From the IMG/VR virus record IMGVR_UViG_3300029448_000015, positions 1 to 64,000 of that record: DNA of 64,000 nucleotides, one strand, 5' to 3'. Below, piece by piece: positions 48,068 to 57,632 of this stretch. Every line of letters begins with the position of its first letter. Within the stretch, counting starts at the first letter, position 1. The notes under the pieces are model-generated. The model made no database searches, was not told the DNA's origin, and was given only the letters and a program-made list of their open reading frames with translations. This DNA comes from a virus. The translations under genes and the position numbers were made by a program.

Positions 48068-48410
48068 TTTCTTCTGAAGGAGAATATTTTTCTCTTAATT
48101 TTATTAACAATTTTCTTTCATAAAATTCAGCTTTATATATATCTTTCATACCATGCTTGTAAGGAAACCTCCATCTATACTTTAAAGAGTTTCCACGTAG
48201 ATAACCTATGTATTCTTCTGGAGTTAACATAGCTTCAATGCCTTCAATACATTCCACATTACCTTGATTATAATGTAAAGGTTTTTGTATCTCAGCATCA
48301 GTACGTTTAACTTCTTGAGTTTCAGGAAAGAGATCAGGCTGCATTTGTTTAGCTCTATCTAAGATAGTTATCTCATTCCACTCTTCAGGTGTTGCATCAT
48401 TTATTGACAT
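48057..48410 (-). CDS. DUF3310 protein
   Basis: P.HYNQG.VECI..I...GYLRGN.LKYRWR..YK...D..KA.FY. Confidence 0.85.
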   Translation of the reverse strand: MSINDATPEEWNEITILDRAKQMQPDLFPETQEVKRTDAEIQKPLHYNQGNVECIEGIEAMLTPEEYIGYLRGNSLKYRWRFPYKHGMKDIYKAEFYERKLLIKLREKYSPSEENGS

Positions 48411-48428
48411 AAGGTTTCCTTTTTATTT

Positions 48429-48932
48429 TTACTCTGATTCTTCTGGATAATCTTCATTTTCTAAAATAATACTTTTAGGGTCTATCCACTCTGGAGGTAA
48501 AGAATATTTACCAAACCATCTAAATCCATTAGCTTCTGCCCACTCTGCATGGCTACGTTTAGTACCATCTTTTCTTCTTTTAGCTTGAGGCATAGGGGCT
48601 GAAGGATTAGCAAATAAAAATACTAATTCTGTATTTTTAGGTAAAGCTTTTCTTATCCATACATATTTATTGTACTCTTGATAATCCCAAAAACGTCCTT
48701 TGGCTTCTAAATAAATTAATTTATCATCTAACTTTTTAATAAAGTCAGGAGTATAAGAATGATTGGTAACGTAATATACTTTATCAGTATGGATACTCCA
48801 ATCTTTTAATGGGCCTACATGAAGTTCATATTCCCAATTAGAGTCATAACCAGTAATTAAATTCTTTTCCACTGGTCTTTTAACTCTACGTTTCCTTGCA
48901 CCAGATTTAACTTTTCTTTTAGGTTGCGTCAT
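48429..48932 (-). CDS. Endonuclease I (T7 gp3-like)
   Basis: YDS.WE, YTPDF, LEAKGRF, WAE.NGF.W. Confidence 0.85.
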   Translation of the reverse strand: MTQPKRKVKSGARKRRVKRPVEKNLITGYDSNWEYELHVGPLKDWSIHTDKVYYVTNHSYTPDFIKKLDDKLIYLEAKGRFWDYQEYNKYVWIRKALPKNTELVFLFANPSAPMPQAKRRKDGTKRSHAEWAEANGFRWFGKYSLPPEWIDPKSIILENEDYPEESE

Positions 48933-49189
48933 ATTATTTCAATAACTACCTTTGTTGTTACTGGTCTATATTTAAATTCTTTTTTTAATTGGTTTACAGC
49001 CCACTTAGGAGTGTAAAAATTATTGCATCTAGAACCTTCAGCATTAATAAAATATCTATCTTTAGGTAAGTAAGACTTTATATTTTTTATATTTATTTCT
49101 GTAGAGTCTGTAGGTAATTTATTTTTTAATCCTTCTAGTAATAAATCTAATGCAATATTCCTAATTTTTTTAGCTTTTTTACCATTCAT
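48929..49189 (-). CDS. Hypothetical protein (MNGKKAKKIR)
   Basis: Start overlapping exonuclease stop. Confidence 0.6.
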   Translation of the reverse strand: MNGKKAKKIRNIALDLLLEGLKNKLPTDSTEINIKNIKSYLPKDRYFINAEGSRCNNFYTPKWAVNQLKKEFKYRPVTTKVVIEII

Positions 49190-50027
49190 AAATTTCTTCA
49201 ACATTTGGAGTTGATCTAACATTTGTCAAGTATACTAAACCTCTAGCATATTTAAAAACTCTAAGTCCTTCTCCACCATTTGAATCTTTGTAACATTCTT
49301 TTTTGAATGAACAGTACGCACAATTTTTATGTATTTTTCTGTTACCTTTCTTTCCTTCTTCTACAGTAGGATAACAATAATCAGGTGGTTGCTCCCTATC
49401 TAACATAACTTTTAAATCTTTAATAGTTTCAGCAGCATTAGGTTTATCTAACTCTTCTGGAGTATACGTACATAACTCACCAGTTTCTTTGTCGATAACT
49501 AAGAAATAACTGTCTTCTCCTTCTTCTGCTTGTTCATAAGCAGCTAACTGTGTTATGTATCCAAAGGGGTCATCATCTCTTAAACCACCACTTTTAAATT
49601 TATTAAAAGAAAACTTAGAAGCAGATTTAATATCTACTACTTTGTTATTTATTTTACAATCCATGTGACCTTTAATACCGCCTATCTCTACCTCTTTCTG
49701 TTCTGCAGAAATTCCATTACCTGAAAGCTTTACTAAAAATAAAAGTAGTTGTTCTAGTAAATGTCCGTATAAAAATTTAATTTGTAAAGTAGGTGAGGGT
49801 TGATTTTGTTTTGCAGGACTTCTTTTTTCAAACCATAATTGTCTAGCAGGTTTACCAATGTTAGAAAACCTAAGTGTAAAGTCTTTGTTTTCTCTGGGCT
49901 TTGACCATTCTAATAAAGCTTGACCCATAGATTCTGAAAACTCTGTTATATATTTCTCAGGTATATGTAAAGAATTAGAATTAATCTCATCAATTTTTTT
50001 ATAAATATCTTCTACAATTTCTTTCAT
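49179..50027 (-). CDS. Cas4-like PD-(D/E)xK exonuclease
   Basis: LRFSNIG, GHLLE, GHMDCKI...DIKSAS, CAYCSFK..C. Confidence 0.85.
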   Translation of the reverse strand: MKEIVEDIYKKIDEINSNSLHIPEKYITEFSESMGQALLEWSKPRENKDFTLRFSNIGKPARQLWFEKRSPAKQNQPSPTLQIKFLYGHLLEQLLLFLVKLSGNGISAEQKEVEIGGIKGHMDCKINNKVVDIKSASKFSFNKFKSGGLRDDDPFGYITQLAAYEQAEEGEDSYFLVIDKETGELCTYTPEELDKPNAAETIKDLKVMLDREQPPDYCYPTVEEGKKGNRKIHKNCAYCSFKKECYKDSNGGEGLRVFKYARGLVYLTNVRSTPNVEEIYEW

Positions 50028-50040
50028 TTAGTTACTTCCT

Positions 50041-50373
50041 TTATTTCTTGTGATGTTTTATAAAATGAAATCCTCCTTTTGCAGAGGGTCTTAATGCAAC
50101 AACACCTAATTCTTTTTGTATCTCTGAGCGTTTCTTGGGCTTATAATTAGTTTTAACATCTATAAATTTAATTTCTCCTGTATCTGAAATAGCAATTAAA
50201 TCTATAGGGCCAGTACATTCACTGTTTTTAAATACTTTAAAATTATTTTCTATTAACCATATAACAGCTTTATACTCAGTAATATCTCCTATAGAGCAAG
50301 TAGATAGTTTACTTGAAGGTTCAGTAATCTTAGTGAGTTTCACTCCAGTTTTTCCCAACCTTATACTCCCCAT
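50041..50373 (-). CDS. Small PD-(D/E)xK nuclease (possible free-standing homing-type endonuclease)
   Basis: GD.TE..A..WL....F.VF.N....GPIDLI.......DVKT. Confidence 0.65.
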   Translation of the reverse strand: MGSIRLGKTGVKLTKITEPSSKLSTCSIGDITEYKAVIWLIENNFKVFKNSECTGPIDLIAISDTGEIKFIDVKTNYKPKKRSEIQKELGVVALRPSAKGGFHFIKHHKK

Positions 50374-52072
50374 CTAAAGGACATCTAAGCTTTAAAAGCT
50401 CACCTGCTTGTATAATACATTCTACTCCTAACTTACCTACAGTATCAGCCATATCTTCTTTTACTTCTATTTGCCATTCATCATGAACATTAGCTACAAA
50501 ATGAGCATCTATATTATGTAACTTTTCATTTAAAAGAATTAAAGCTTTCTTCATTACAATAGAACCTGCTCCCTGTAGTAAAGTATTCAAAGCTGAATGT
50601 TCACTTCTAATTATTAACTTGCGTCCATCTAATGCTTTAATGAATCCTTTCCGTGCTTCTCTGCTAACTCTTGTTTTAAGATCATTGAATGATGGGAGAT
50701 TATTAATAAATGATTTTCTAAGGTGTGCACCAGTACGTTTAGTTCCTCCGAGAATCTCCCCAAGTCTTGAATCTCCTGCTCCGTAGAGTAATGCATAGAT
50801 GAAAGTCTTTGCCTGATTTCTTGATTCAAGCCCTGCAAGTCTTTGATTAGTGGAGTGTATGTCTCCATTAACGATTTCATTTACATACTCCTCATCATTC
50901 ATGTAGTGAGCTAACATTCTTAATTCTAATCCACTAGCGTCTACACCAACTAATTTATAATTAGGTTTAACAATCCAACAAGATCTACATTCTTTACCAT
51001 ACTTACTATACACACTAGGAGTTTGTGCTAGGTTAGGATTTCTATGGGTCATCCTACCAGTAATAGTTCCATTATGATTTACAAACCCTCTAACTCTATT
51101 ATCATCTTCTACATCAGATAACCAAGAATCTACTTGGGCTATTCTTTTTTGGAGCATTAAAAACTCAGCTAATATTTTAGCTTCTTTAATATTTTTAATA
51201 GATGCTAATATTTTTTCATCTACTTTAGCTTGTCCGGTAGGCGTAAATTCTTTTGGTTTCCATCCTAAATCTTGTAGACGTTCACCAATTTGTTTTCGTG
51301 AACCGGGATTAAATTCTGTTTCTATTACTCTCGTAATAAAAGTTTGTTGTTCAATTAAATTAAATTCTTTATCTGTTAATCGTACATTAGTACCATAATT
51401 AGTCTTACCTGTTTTTAATAACTTTTTAAGTTTATTATGGCGTGGGAATATTTTTAATACTTCTTTAGCAGGTAAAAATACTTTTCTTATTTGTCTTTGA
51501 ATCTCACTCATTCTTTCATTTAAAGTAGCAACTAACTTCATAGCTTCTTCTATGTTAAAAAGAAAACCATAGTTTCTTTGTTCATTCATAATCTTAGCTA
51601 CTGCGTGCTCTATCTCAACACTTTGTCGAGAGAACCCTAGAGATTCTTGCTTTAATCTTTCATAGACTTTGTAATTCAATAAGACATCTTGTTCGCAATA
51701 CTTCAGCATATCAGGAGTAAACTTACTGTATTCATGAAAATCTATTTTGTGACTCTTTAATATATACCCCCATCTTTCTAACCCATGTCCCCCTTCTCTT
51801 ACTGGATTAAAAAGACGGGATAAAACTAATGTATCTACTATTATTTTATTTGATAAATCTATAGAGGTAAGATTTTTTATTACAGGTATATCATATCCTA
51901 TAATGTTATGACCAATTAAAGTACCTGCCTCCATTAAAGCAGAAAGCCCTTGTTCTAATTCAGAAGGGCCATAAGATTTTTGTTCTTGAGTAGAGGTGTC
52001 TAAAATAGAAAGACACCAAAGTTTAGTAGCTTCTATGCCATCTGTTTCTATATCAAATACTAAAGATTTCAT
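50330..52072 (-). CDS. polA: Family A DNA polymerase (T7-like, Tyr762 type)
   Basis: FDIET, DASGLELR, KTFIYALLYG, HDE. Confidence 0.95.
   Translation of the reverse strand: MKSLVFDIETDGIEATKLWCLSILDTSTQEQKSYGPSELEQGLSALMEAGTLIGHNIIGYDIPVIKNLTSIDLSNKIIVDTLVLSRLFNPVREGGHGLERWGYILKSHKIDFHEYSKFTPDMLKYCEQDVLLNYKVYERLKQESLGFSRQSVEIEHAVAKIMNEQRNYGFLFNIEEAMKLVATLNERMSEIQRQIRKVFLPAKEVLKIFPRHNKLKKLLKTGKTNYGTNVRLTDKEFNLIEQQTFITRVIETEFNPGSRKQIGERLQDLGWKPKEFTPTGQAKVDEKILASIKNIKEAKILAEFLMLQKRIAQVDSWLSDVEDDNRVRGFVNHNGTITGRMTHRNPNLAQTPSVYSKYGKECRSCWIVKPNYKLVGVDASGLELRMLAHYMNDEEYVNEIVNGDIHSTNQRLAGLESRNQAKTFIYALLYGAGDSRLGEILGGTKRTGAHLRKSFINNLPSFNDLKTRVSREARKGFIKALDGRKLIIRSEHSALNTLLQGAGSIVMKKALILLNEKLHNIDAHFVANVHDEWQIEVKEDMADTVGKLGVECIIQAGELLKLRCPLDGEYKVGKNWSETH
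50629..50880 (-). CDS. Candidate nested gene in +1 frame of polA (83 aa)
   Basis: GAGGAG 7 nt before ATG; C-ending polA codons concentrated across the overlap; homolog in phage A. Confidence 0.6.
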   Translation of the reverse strand: MKSLMETYTPLIKDLQGLNQEIRQRLSSMHYSTEQEIQDLGRFSEELNVLVHTLENHLLIISHHSMILKQELAEKHGKDSLKH

Positions 52073-53742
52073 AATTCAAACTCATCATTATCATCATTAT
52101 CATCTAAGAAAACTTCAAGTAATCTCCCTGTAGTTTTGTCATATCTTAGATGTGCAGCCATACCAACATCTCCAGTGTATCTAGACTTTAATATTCTTAA
52201 ATGTGTAGTTAAAGCTTCAACTGGATCATCAGCTTGCTGATTTCTTTCTAAAGCTATAACACAATCTGATATCTGTGCTATACCTCCAGAGCCTCTTAGA
52301 TGACTAAGCCCTACAGTAGCTCCATTCTCATGTCCTCTATTACCTTCTAGACGTTTTAAATGAGAGACTAGTAAAACACCTGCTCCAGTTTCTTCTACTA
52401 TCTTACGGAGATCAGTCATCATTCTATCTATTAATGCACGTTCATTAGTTTGTTCAGCACTGGCAGATACAATCATTTGTAAGTGATCTAAAATAATCCA
52501 TTTACAATCACAACCTACAATCATATATTTTATTTTGGCTAAGATGTCATCAAAGTCACTAGCTCCAAAATGTGCATGAACCCACATTCTATTTTTATTA
52601 TTACCACCTAATACTTTTTGAGCTAACTTTTCATAATTCTCCTGACCATATTCATCTCTAATATGTTCTATATCTAATTTTTTATTAGCTTCTATAGATA
52701 GAATACCATCAGCAGTTCTTGTCCAATCTTCTTCTAGAGCTACAATACCAAGATTGTCTTCAGTTCTAGTAATAAGCCAGTGTTCTATTTCTCTAATAAT
52801 ACTTGTCTTACCTAGCCCTGTACCTCCAGTAAATGTAACTAACTCTCCTTGTCTAAGACCAAATAATTTTTCATTTAAACCCTGCCAAGGGTAAGGAATA
52901 GAATCTTTCTTTTCACGTTTAAATAACTTATCAAAGTTATCTGATATGTTTAATACTCCAGAAGGAGTGTAGATACTTGAAGCCCACCAAGAACTTACAT
53001 ATAAATTATGTAACCCTTGGCGTAGCATATCATTAGCATCTTTATACTCTTCAGGCATTTGAAGTATCTTTGCTTTGCCGGGAGTAATTAACTTAGCTAC
53101 TGCTCTAGCAGCTTTTCTACCTTCCTTATCATTATCAAAGGAAATAATAATAGTTTGAAACTTTTCAATAAATTCTAAGTTAGCTTTGAAATCTCTTTCG
53201 GCCCCTGCAGCACCATTCTTAATTGATACTACTGGATACTGACTACCCATTAATTCATAAGCAGCCATTGCATCACATTCACCTTCAACTACTGTTAGAA
53301 ATCTACCTCCTTCTTGGCATAGCTGTTGACCAAAGAACCCTGTACTTCTACTATCACCTTCCCAAGCAAAGTTTTTAGGATCAGTGCCTATAGTCTTTCT
53401 AACTTTATAACCTGAAATTTCATTTGCGGTATAGTAAGGATAGTAATGTTTAACTACTTCACCATCTTCTTTAATGGCTTTAACTCCATACTTCTTAGCA
53501 GTTTGTAAGCTAATAGATCTATCAGTTAGTTCTATAAACTCACCTTCAACAACATTAACTTTATTATTTTTATATTGTTTAAAGTCTGCTACAGAGTTAT
53601 CTCCATTCATTGATTCCTCATAATTTTTAAATCTTGTATTACAAGAAAAACAAAATGCAGAACCATCATCATTAATTCCACAAGCATCACTACTTGCACA
53701 ATCAGGACTAGGACAGGGTTGATGTCTTTTTATAAAAGCCAT
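52069..53742 (-). CDS. DNA primase-helicase (T7 gp4-like)
   Basis: C..C zinc finger, EGECDA, FDND, GGTGLGKT, LDHL, LRGS. Confidence 0.95.
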   Translation of the reverse strand: MAFIKRHQPCPSPDCASSDACGINDDGSAFCFSCNTRFKNYEESMNGDNSVADFKQYKNNKVNVVEGEFIELTDRSISLQTAKKYGVKAIKEDGEVVKHYYPYYTANEISGYKVRKTIGTDPKNFAWEGDSRSTGFFGQQLCQEGGRFLTVVEGECDAMAAYELMGSQYPVVSIKNGAAGAERDFKANLEFIEKFQTIIISFDNDKEGRKAARAVAKLITPGKAKILQMPEEYKDANDMLRQGLHNLYVSSWWASSIYTPSGVLNISDNFDKLFKREKKDSIPYPWQGLNEKLFGLRQGELVTFTGGTGLGKTSIIREIEHWLITRTEDNLGIVALEEDWTRTADGILSIEANKKLDIEHIRDEYGQENYEKLAQKVLGGNNKNRMWVHAHFGASDFDDILAKIKYMIVGCDCKWIILDHLQMIVSASAEQTNERALIDRMMTDLRKIVEETGAGVLLVSHLKRLEGNRGHENGATVGLSHLRGSGGIAQISDCVIALERNQQADDPVEALTTHLRILKSRYTGDVGMAAHLRYDKTTGRLLEVFLDDNDDNDEFEL

Positions 53743-53825
53743 AAGAGATTCCTATTAAATAAGTGAATACCTAGCTTTGGCTCTACTGCTAGGCAAAGTA
53801 GTTCACAAGGGAAGGAAATAACCCT

Positions 53826-54071
53826 TTAGCCAGTAGTCTTTTCTTCTGTAGTTTCGCTTTCAGCTATTACTGCAGTATCATCCAAGAAACTTTCTAATTG
53901 ATTTTGTAGAGTTTCTTGGGCTGCAGTTAATATAAAAGCTTCCTTTTGATATGAATTTTTTTTAGCCAATACATTTTTTAAAGCTTCAAAGATTAATAAA
54001 GCTTGTTCAGAGTTAGGTAACTTAGAAATATCGTAAGTTATATCTCCTTTGGTATAAGTTGCATTAGTCAC
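53826..54071 (-). CDS. Hypothetical protein
   Basis: Likely GTG start at 54071 after GGAGG (ORF track extends to 54140). Confidence 0.55.
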   Translation of the reverse strand: MTNATYTKGDITYDISKLPNSEQALLIFEALKNVLAKKNSYQKEAFILTAAQETLQNQLESFLDDTAVIAESETTEEKTTG

Positions 54072-54498
54072 CGAATATTGCCTCCCCATCTTCTTCTTCA
54101 ACTTCAAACTCTGAACCATCAGGAGCATCATATTGTACAAGATCTAGTATCTGAACAGCTTGAAGTTCTAGACCTTGGAATGCTTTACCTTTCCAATTAG
54201 ATTCCCATTCTTTATATTGAACTTTAACAGTAGATCCATTACCTACCATAACATCTACTGCTTTATTAAACTTATCTACAAGTCTAGGTGCAGGTCTAAC
54301 CTTACCATTAGCTTGATTAACTTTACGTTTAATTACAATGGTAGGCCCATATTCTTTATCTTTAACTACATACCCTTTTGATCTAAAGCCATCTGCAGTT
54401 TTTTCATCTACTACTAGATCTACTGTATAGACAGGATCAAAGCGAGTGTTAGGTGATGTTATGGAAGCCCAATAAGCAGTCCCATTTACTGTAGCCAT
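54064..54498 (-). CDS. ssb: Single-stranded DNA-binding protein
   Basis: G.AYWA.I..PNT.F, VGNGS.V.VQY, L.AVQ..DLV.Y, acidic tail. Confidence 0.8.
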   Translation of the reverse strand: MATVNGTAYWASITSPNTRFDPVYTVDLVVDEKTADGFRSKGYVVKDKEYGPTIVIKRKVNQANGKVRPAPRLVDKFNKAVDVMVGNGSTVKVQYKEWESNWKGKAFQGLELQAVQILDLVQYDAPDGSEFEVEEEDGEAIFGD

Positions 54499-54533
54499 AA
54501 ATATTTACCTCTTCTCTTTTTGTTTGTTAATTT

Positions 54534-54561
54534 ATTATACCAATGTCAACTAGAGTGTCAA
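54534..54561 (-). promoter_or_regulatory. Sigma70 promoter for the replication operon
   Basis: TTGACA-N16-TATAAT with extended -10 TG; a second TTGACA lies in the spacer. Confidence 0.75.
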
Positions 54562-54881
54562 CTTCTTAATCCATAAACCTTACGCCAGTTCTTAGGTTTG
54601 CGATCTATTTCTCCATGAAGAACTTGTCTACCTAACTCAGCCCTAACTGCATTCTCATATGTTATATATAAATCTTTTTTTAATGCAGATAAGTTAAAAG
54701 TTTTGGTAGGACTATTCCCATACAAAGGTTTAACTTTTGCCTTTTTATTTCCAATAGTAAAAGAACATACTCTCCATCCTGAAAGATAAAAAAAAGATTC
54801 AAACCTATCAGATCTTTTAGGGGTTAAAAAATAATTTCTTTTTGAAATTATGTCGGCTGATATATTTTTAATTTTATTCAT
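54558..54881 (-). CDS. Hypothetical protein
   Basis: ORF track. Confidence 0.6.
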   Translation of the reverse strand: MNKIKNISADIISKRNYFLTPKRSDRFESFFYLSGWRVCSFTIGNKKAKVKPLYGNSPTKTFNLSALKKDLYITYENAVRAELGRQVLHGEIDRKPKNWRKVYGLRS

Positions 54882-55095
54882 GCATACCTCTAAACTTTTC
54901 TAAAGCTTGTAAACCTTCAACAGAAATATCTAAATTAGTACAATCAGAAAAAATTAAATTTACATAACTATCATCTTTAGTTCTTACACCTATTCGTAGA
55001 TCTGTTAACCCTTCTTTATTAGAAAAATAATCTTTAACTAATTCAAATTGTATTCTTGCTGCATCATAAATAAATATGTTGTCGCTGATTGCCAT
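54874..55095 (-). CDS. Hypothetical protein
   Basis: Start MAISD after aagga. Confidence 0.55.
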   Translation of the reverse strand: MAISDNIFIYDAARIQFELVKDYFSNKEGLTDLRIGVRTKDDSYVNLIFSDCTNLDISVEGLQALEKFRGMHE

Positions 55096-55105
55096 TTCAT
55101 TTCCT

Positions 55106-55264
55106 TCATTTTGATGAATATTCTTCGTTACAAAATTCACATTTTTCTTTTTTATCTAGAATTAAATATAATCGTTTAACTTCACAATCATGTTCCCAAG
55201 ACTCTATTATTTTTGGTTTTGGATTAAACAATTCTTTTATGTAGTCAAAGATTATATTTAACAT
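55106..55264 (-). CDS. 52-aa protein with HxC...CxxC motif (not in ORF track)
   Basis: SD aggag; WEHDC...CEFC. Confidence 0.5.
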   Translation of the reverse strand: MLNIIFDYIKELFNPKPKIIESWEHDCEVKRLYLILDKKEKCEFCNEEYSSK

Positions 55265-55273
55265 AACTAACTC

Positions 55274-56212
55274 CTATGCTGCTATTTGAGTTTCAAAAGT
55301 TTTAGTTACTTGCTTTTTAACTTTTTGACTTCTTAGATAAACAATATTAGAAGTATTATTAGAAGCTCTAGTAGGAGCATGAGTAGACCAATCGGTAAAT
55401 GTATTAAACAAAGCCCACCGATTCTTACCCATTCTTGAAGAGTAATTAATCCACTTTTCTAACAGATATTTAAAAGCTTTGTTAGGTTTATAATCTCCTT
55501 GAAAATACTTTAGTGATACATCTAATGATTTTTGAAACTTAAAAAAGTCTTTAGCTTCAGTACAATTAGATAGAGTTGCTATTTCTCTAGCCGCATCTAG
55601 ATCTGTAATTACTTTATCACTCCACTCAAACCATTTATTTACTTCAGATTGGAATGTTTCAGTAACTTCTAGTATTAACTTAGCTCCATGATCTATATCT
55701 AAAAGTCTGTTATGTCTATTTTTATATAGAGTAGCAGCACCAGATATAAACACTTGTCCATTTAAACAAGCTCCTTGTTCAGCCCCTGCTGACATTATAA
55801 AAGGTAATGTTCCATCTAAAGAAGTTGCAGATAAAAATGATAAAGATGCTCTATCACCATCAGGAGTAATTAAAGTTTCTTCAGGTAAGACATTGGTAAC
55901 AAAACATCTTTTACCATTTCCTGATACAGCTATATTTTCTTTCATATTAGTAGTATTTAAATTAGCTTTCTCAAAAATACTACGTTGATTATCAATCATT
56001 CTTTTATAAGATAACTGACTAGGATCAGAATAATTTTTACCATGAACTCCTAACTCTTCACCTGTATCAGTTCTATAAATACTATGTTTAGCAGACTCTC
56101 TAGAGTTACCTTCATTGTCTACATAAAACAAAGGACTTGAATCAATTTCAAAATCTGCATTACCATAAGATGATTTTTTATTTATTGGGAAATCTAAAAT
56201 AATTTTACTCAT
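55274..56212 (-). CDS. DUF932-family protein
   Basis: R.DT.E.LG.HG.NY, S.DG, C.NG, N.WA.FN..TDWSTH. Confidence 0.75.
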   Translation of the reverse strand: MSKIILDFPINKKSSYGNADFEIDSSPLFYVDNEGNSRESAKHSIYRTDTGEELGVHGKNYSDPSQLSYKRMIDNQRSIFEKANLNTTNMKENIAVSGNGKRCFVTNVLPEETLITPDGDRASLSFLSATSLDGTLPFIMSAGAEQGACLNGQVFISGAATLYKNRHNRLLDIDHGAKLILEVTETFQSEVNKWFEWSDKVITDLDAAREIATLSNCTEAKDFFKFQKSLDVSLKYFQGDYKPNKAFKYLLEKWINYSSRMGKNRWALFNTFTDWSTHAPTRASNNTSNIVYLRSQKVKKQVTKTFETQIAA

Positions 56213-56352
56213 GTTTTACTTTCCTTTTTTGTGTTTTCTAAATGTTTATAAACAGCTTGATCTTTTAAAGCTTCTTTAATTTCATACTCCTCCCTTTCTT
56301 TTTGTGACATACTTTCTAGTTTTTTAATATATAAATCATTAACCTTACCCAT
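56209..56352 (-). CDS. 47-aa hypothetical protein
   Basis: MGKVNDLYI..., SD gagg, ATGA overlap with downstream gene. Confidence 0.5.
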   Translation of the reverse strand: MGKVNDLYIKKLESMSQKEREEYEIKEALKDQAVYKHLENTKKESKT

Positions 56353-56369
56353 ACTTTGCTACCTCTCTA

Positions 56370-56429
56370 AGTCTCTCTAAGCTTTAAAGACTTTCACTAT
56401 CGTTAAAGTCTTTAAAGCTAAGAGAGACT
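56370..56429. repeat. Long intergenic hairpin, family member 1
   Basis: ~24-bp stem ...aagacttt / aaagtctt..., loop cactatcgtt. Confidence 0.85.
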
Positions 56430-56850
56430 AAAAGCTTCCCTCTGCTACTTGTAAACAAGTTAGATTTAAATTTCTCCACATTTGTACTACAGAATTTCTA
56501 TCTTCAAATACATATTCAATATCATAGTAATCTGCAATATCTTCTCTATATATTCTTTCTTTAACTGTACAATCTCTTTCGTTATTACCTTCAGGACGAG
56601 AAAAACATAGATCAAAATTAATTTTATTTTCATCTAACCATTCAATAGTTAAGTGTTCGTACTTTGAATCTCTAGCAGTAATAATTAAAACTTTAAACCC
56701 TTTTGAATATAAATTGTTTACTAAATCTACAATTGGTTTATTAGGTAAGTCTTCATTTACTCTAGCCCAATCATAAGGTGTTCTACAATTTTCTAATGCT
56801 GTATTTCTTAAAGCTAATGTACCATCTACATCTACAATTAATCCTTTCAT
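56428..56850 (-). CDS. HAD phosphatase (PseT/PNK 3'-phosphatase-like)
   Basis: DVDGTLA, TAR, R..G..E.D...K, FEDR..VV.MWR...L.CLQV..G.F. Confidence 0.85.
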   Translation of the reverse strand: MKGLIVDVDGTLALRNTALENCRTPYDWARVNEDLPNKPIVDLVNNLYSKGFKVLIITARDSKYEHLTIEWLDENKINFDLCFSRPEGNNERDCTVKERIYREDIADYYDIEYVFEDRNSVVQMWRNLNLTCLQVAEGSF

Positions 56851-56851
56851 T

Positions 56852-57172
56852 TTATTTACCATTAACATTTCCCCTTTGTTTTTTTGACAAATAACTAGGT
56901 TTATCTACTGGTTTTAATAAACCTTTTTGTAAGGTATAAACACTATGAACTTCTTCAAATTGATTTTTTTCTGAATGAATATTATTTAAGTAAACATAAA
57001 TTCTTTTATTTGTTTTCTTTGATTGCCAAAAATTACATACATCATTCATATCTTTATGAATGTAAAAAGTTCTTTTAGGTTTTTCAAAAGTAGGACGCAA
57101 ATCTAAAGTTGATTTATAATAATTTTTAGTAGGCATAAGATTCATCCTCATATAAAGGCGACCAAGAATCAT
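56852..57172 (-). CDS. Hypothetical protein
   Basis: ORF track; start uncertain. Confidence 0.5.
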   Translation of the reverse strand: MILGRLYMRMNLMPTKNYYKSTLDLRPTFEKPKRTFYIHKDMNDVCNFWQSKKTNKRIYVYLNNIHSEKNQFEEVHSVYTLQKGLLKPVDKPSYLSKKQRGNVNGK

Positions 57173-57449
57173 TGTAATTTTTAATGATTTGTTCTTTTAA
57201 AAAGACTTCATCACTTTCAAAAATTATTATTGAGGATGCATCATAGTTACCATGAGTTTCATCTTCTATATATCTGTATTGAATAGGATTAATTTCAATT
57301 TCATTTATATCGTTCATAGCAGCATTAGGATTTAATCTTAAATATTCTTTCAAATATTCAGAAGGTTCCCATTCATAATCTAGATCTACATCTACCCATG
57401 AGTTATGTATTTTTTTATTCTTTATACGAATATCTAGTTCTGTATCCAT
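57126..57449 (-). CDS. Hypothetical acidic protein
   Basis: SD aaggag before MDTEL. Confidence 0.6.
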   Translation of the reverse strand: MDTELDIRIKNKKIHNSWVDVDLDYEWEPSEYLKEYLRLNPNAAMNDINEIEINPIQYRYIEDETHGNYDASSIIIFESDEVFLKEQIIKNYNDSWSPLYEDESYAY

Positions 57450-57460
57450 TAAAATCTCCT

Positions 57461-57619
57461 TTACCAGTGACGAAAAATTCCTGACATAATAAAAAAACAA
57501 GTTACAAAATTAACTAAAACTATTATTGTTCTAAATAAAGCTACGATATCTGCTTCCTTACTATTATCAGATGCTTTTTCACCTAAAGATTTACACCATA
57601 AGCTCCATAGTTTTTTCAT
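57461..57619 (-). CDS. Conserved 52-aa membrane microprotein
   Basis: LWCKSLGEKASDNSKEADIVALFRT..., near-identical to 21861-22013. Confidence 0.75.
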   Translation of the reverse strand: MKKLWSLWCKSLGEKASDNSKEADIVALFRTIIVLVNFVTCFFIMSGIFRHW

Positions 57620-57632
57620 TTTTATACCCTCA

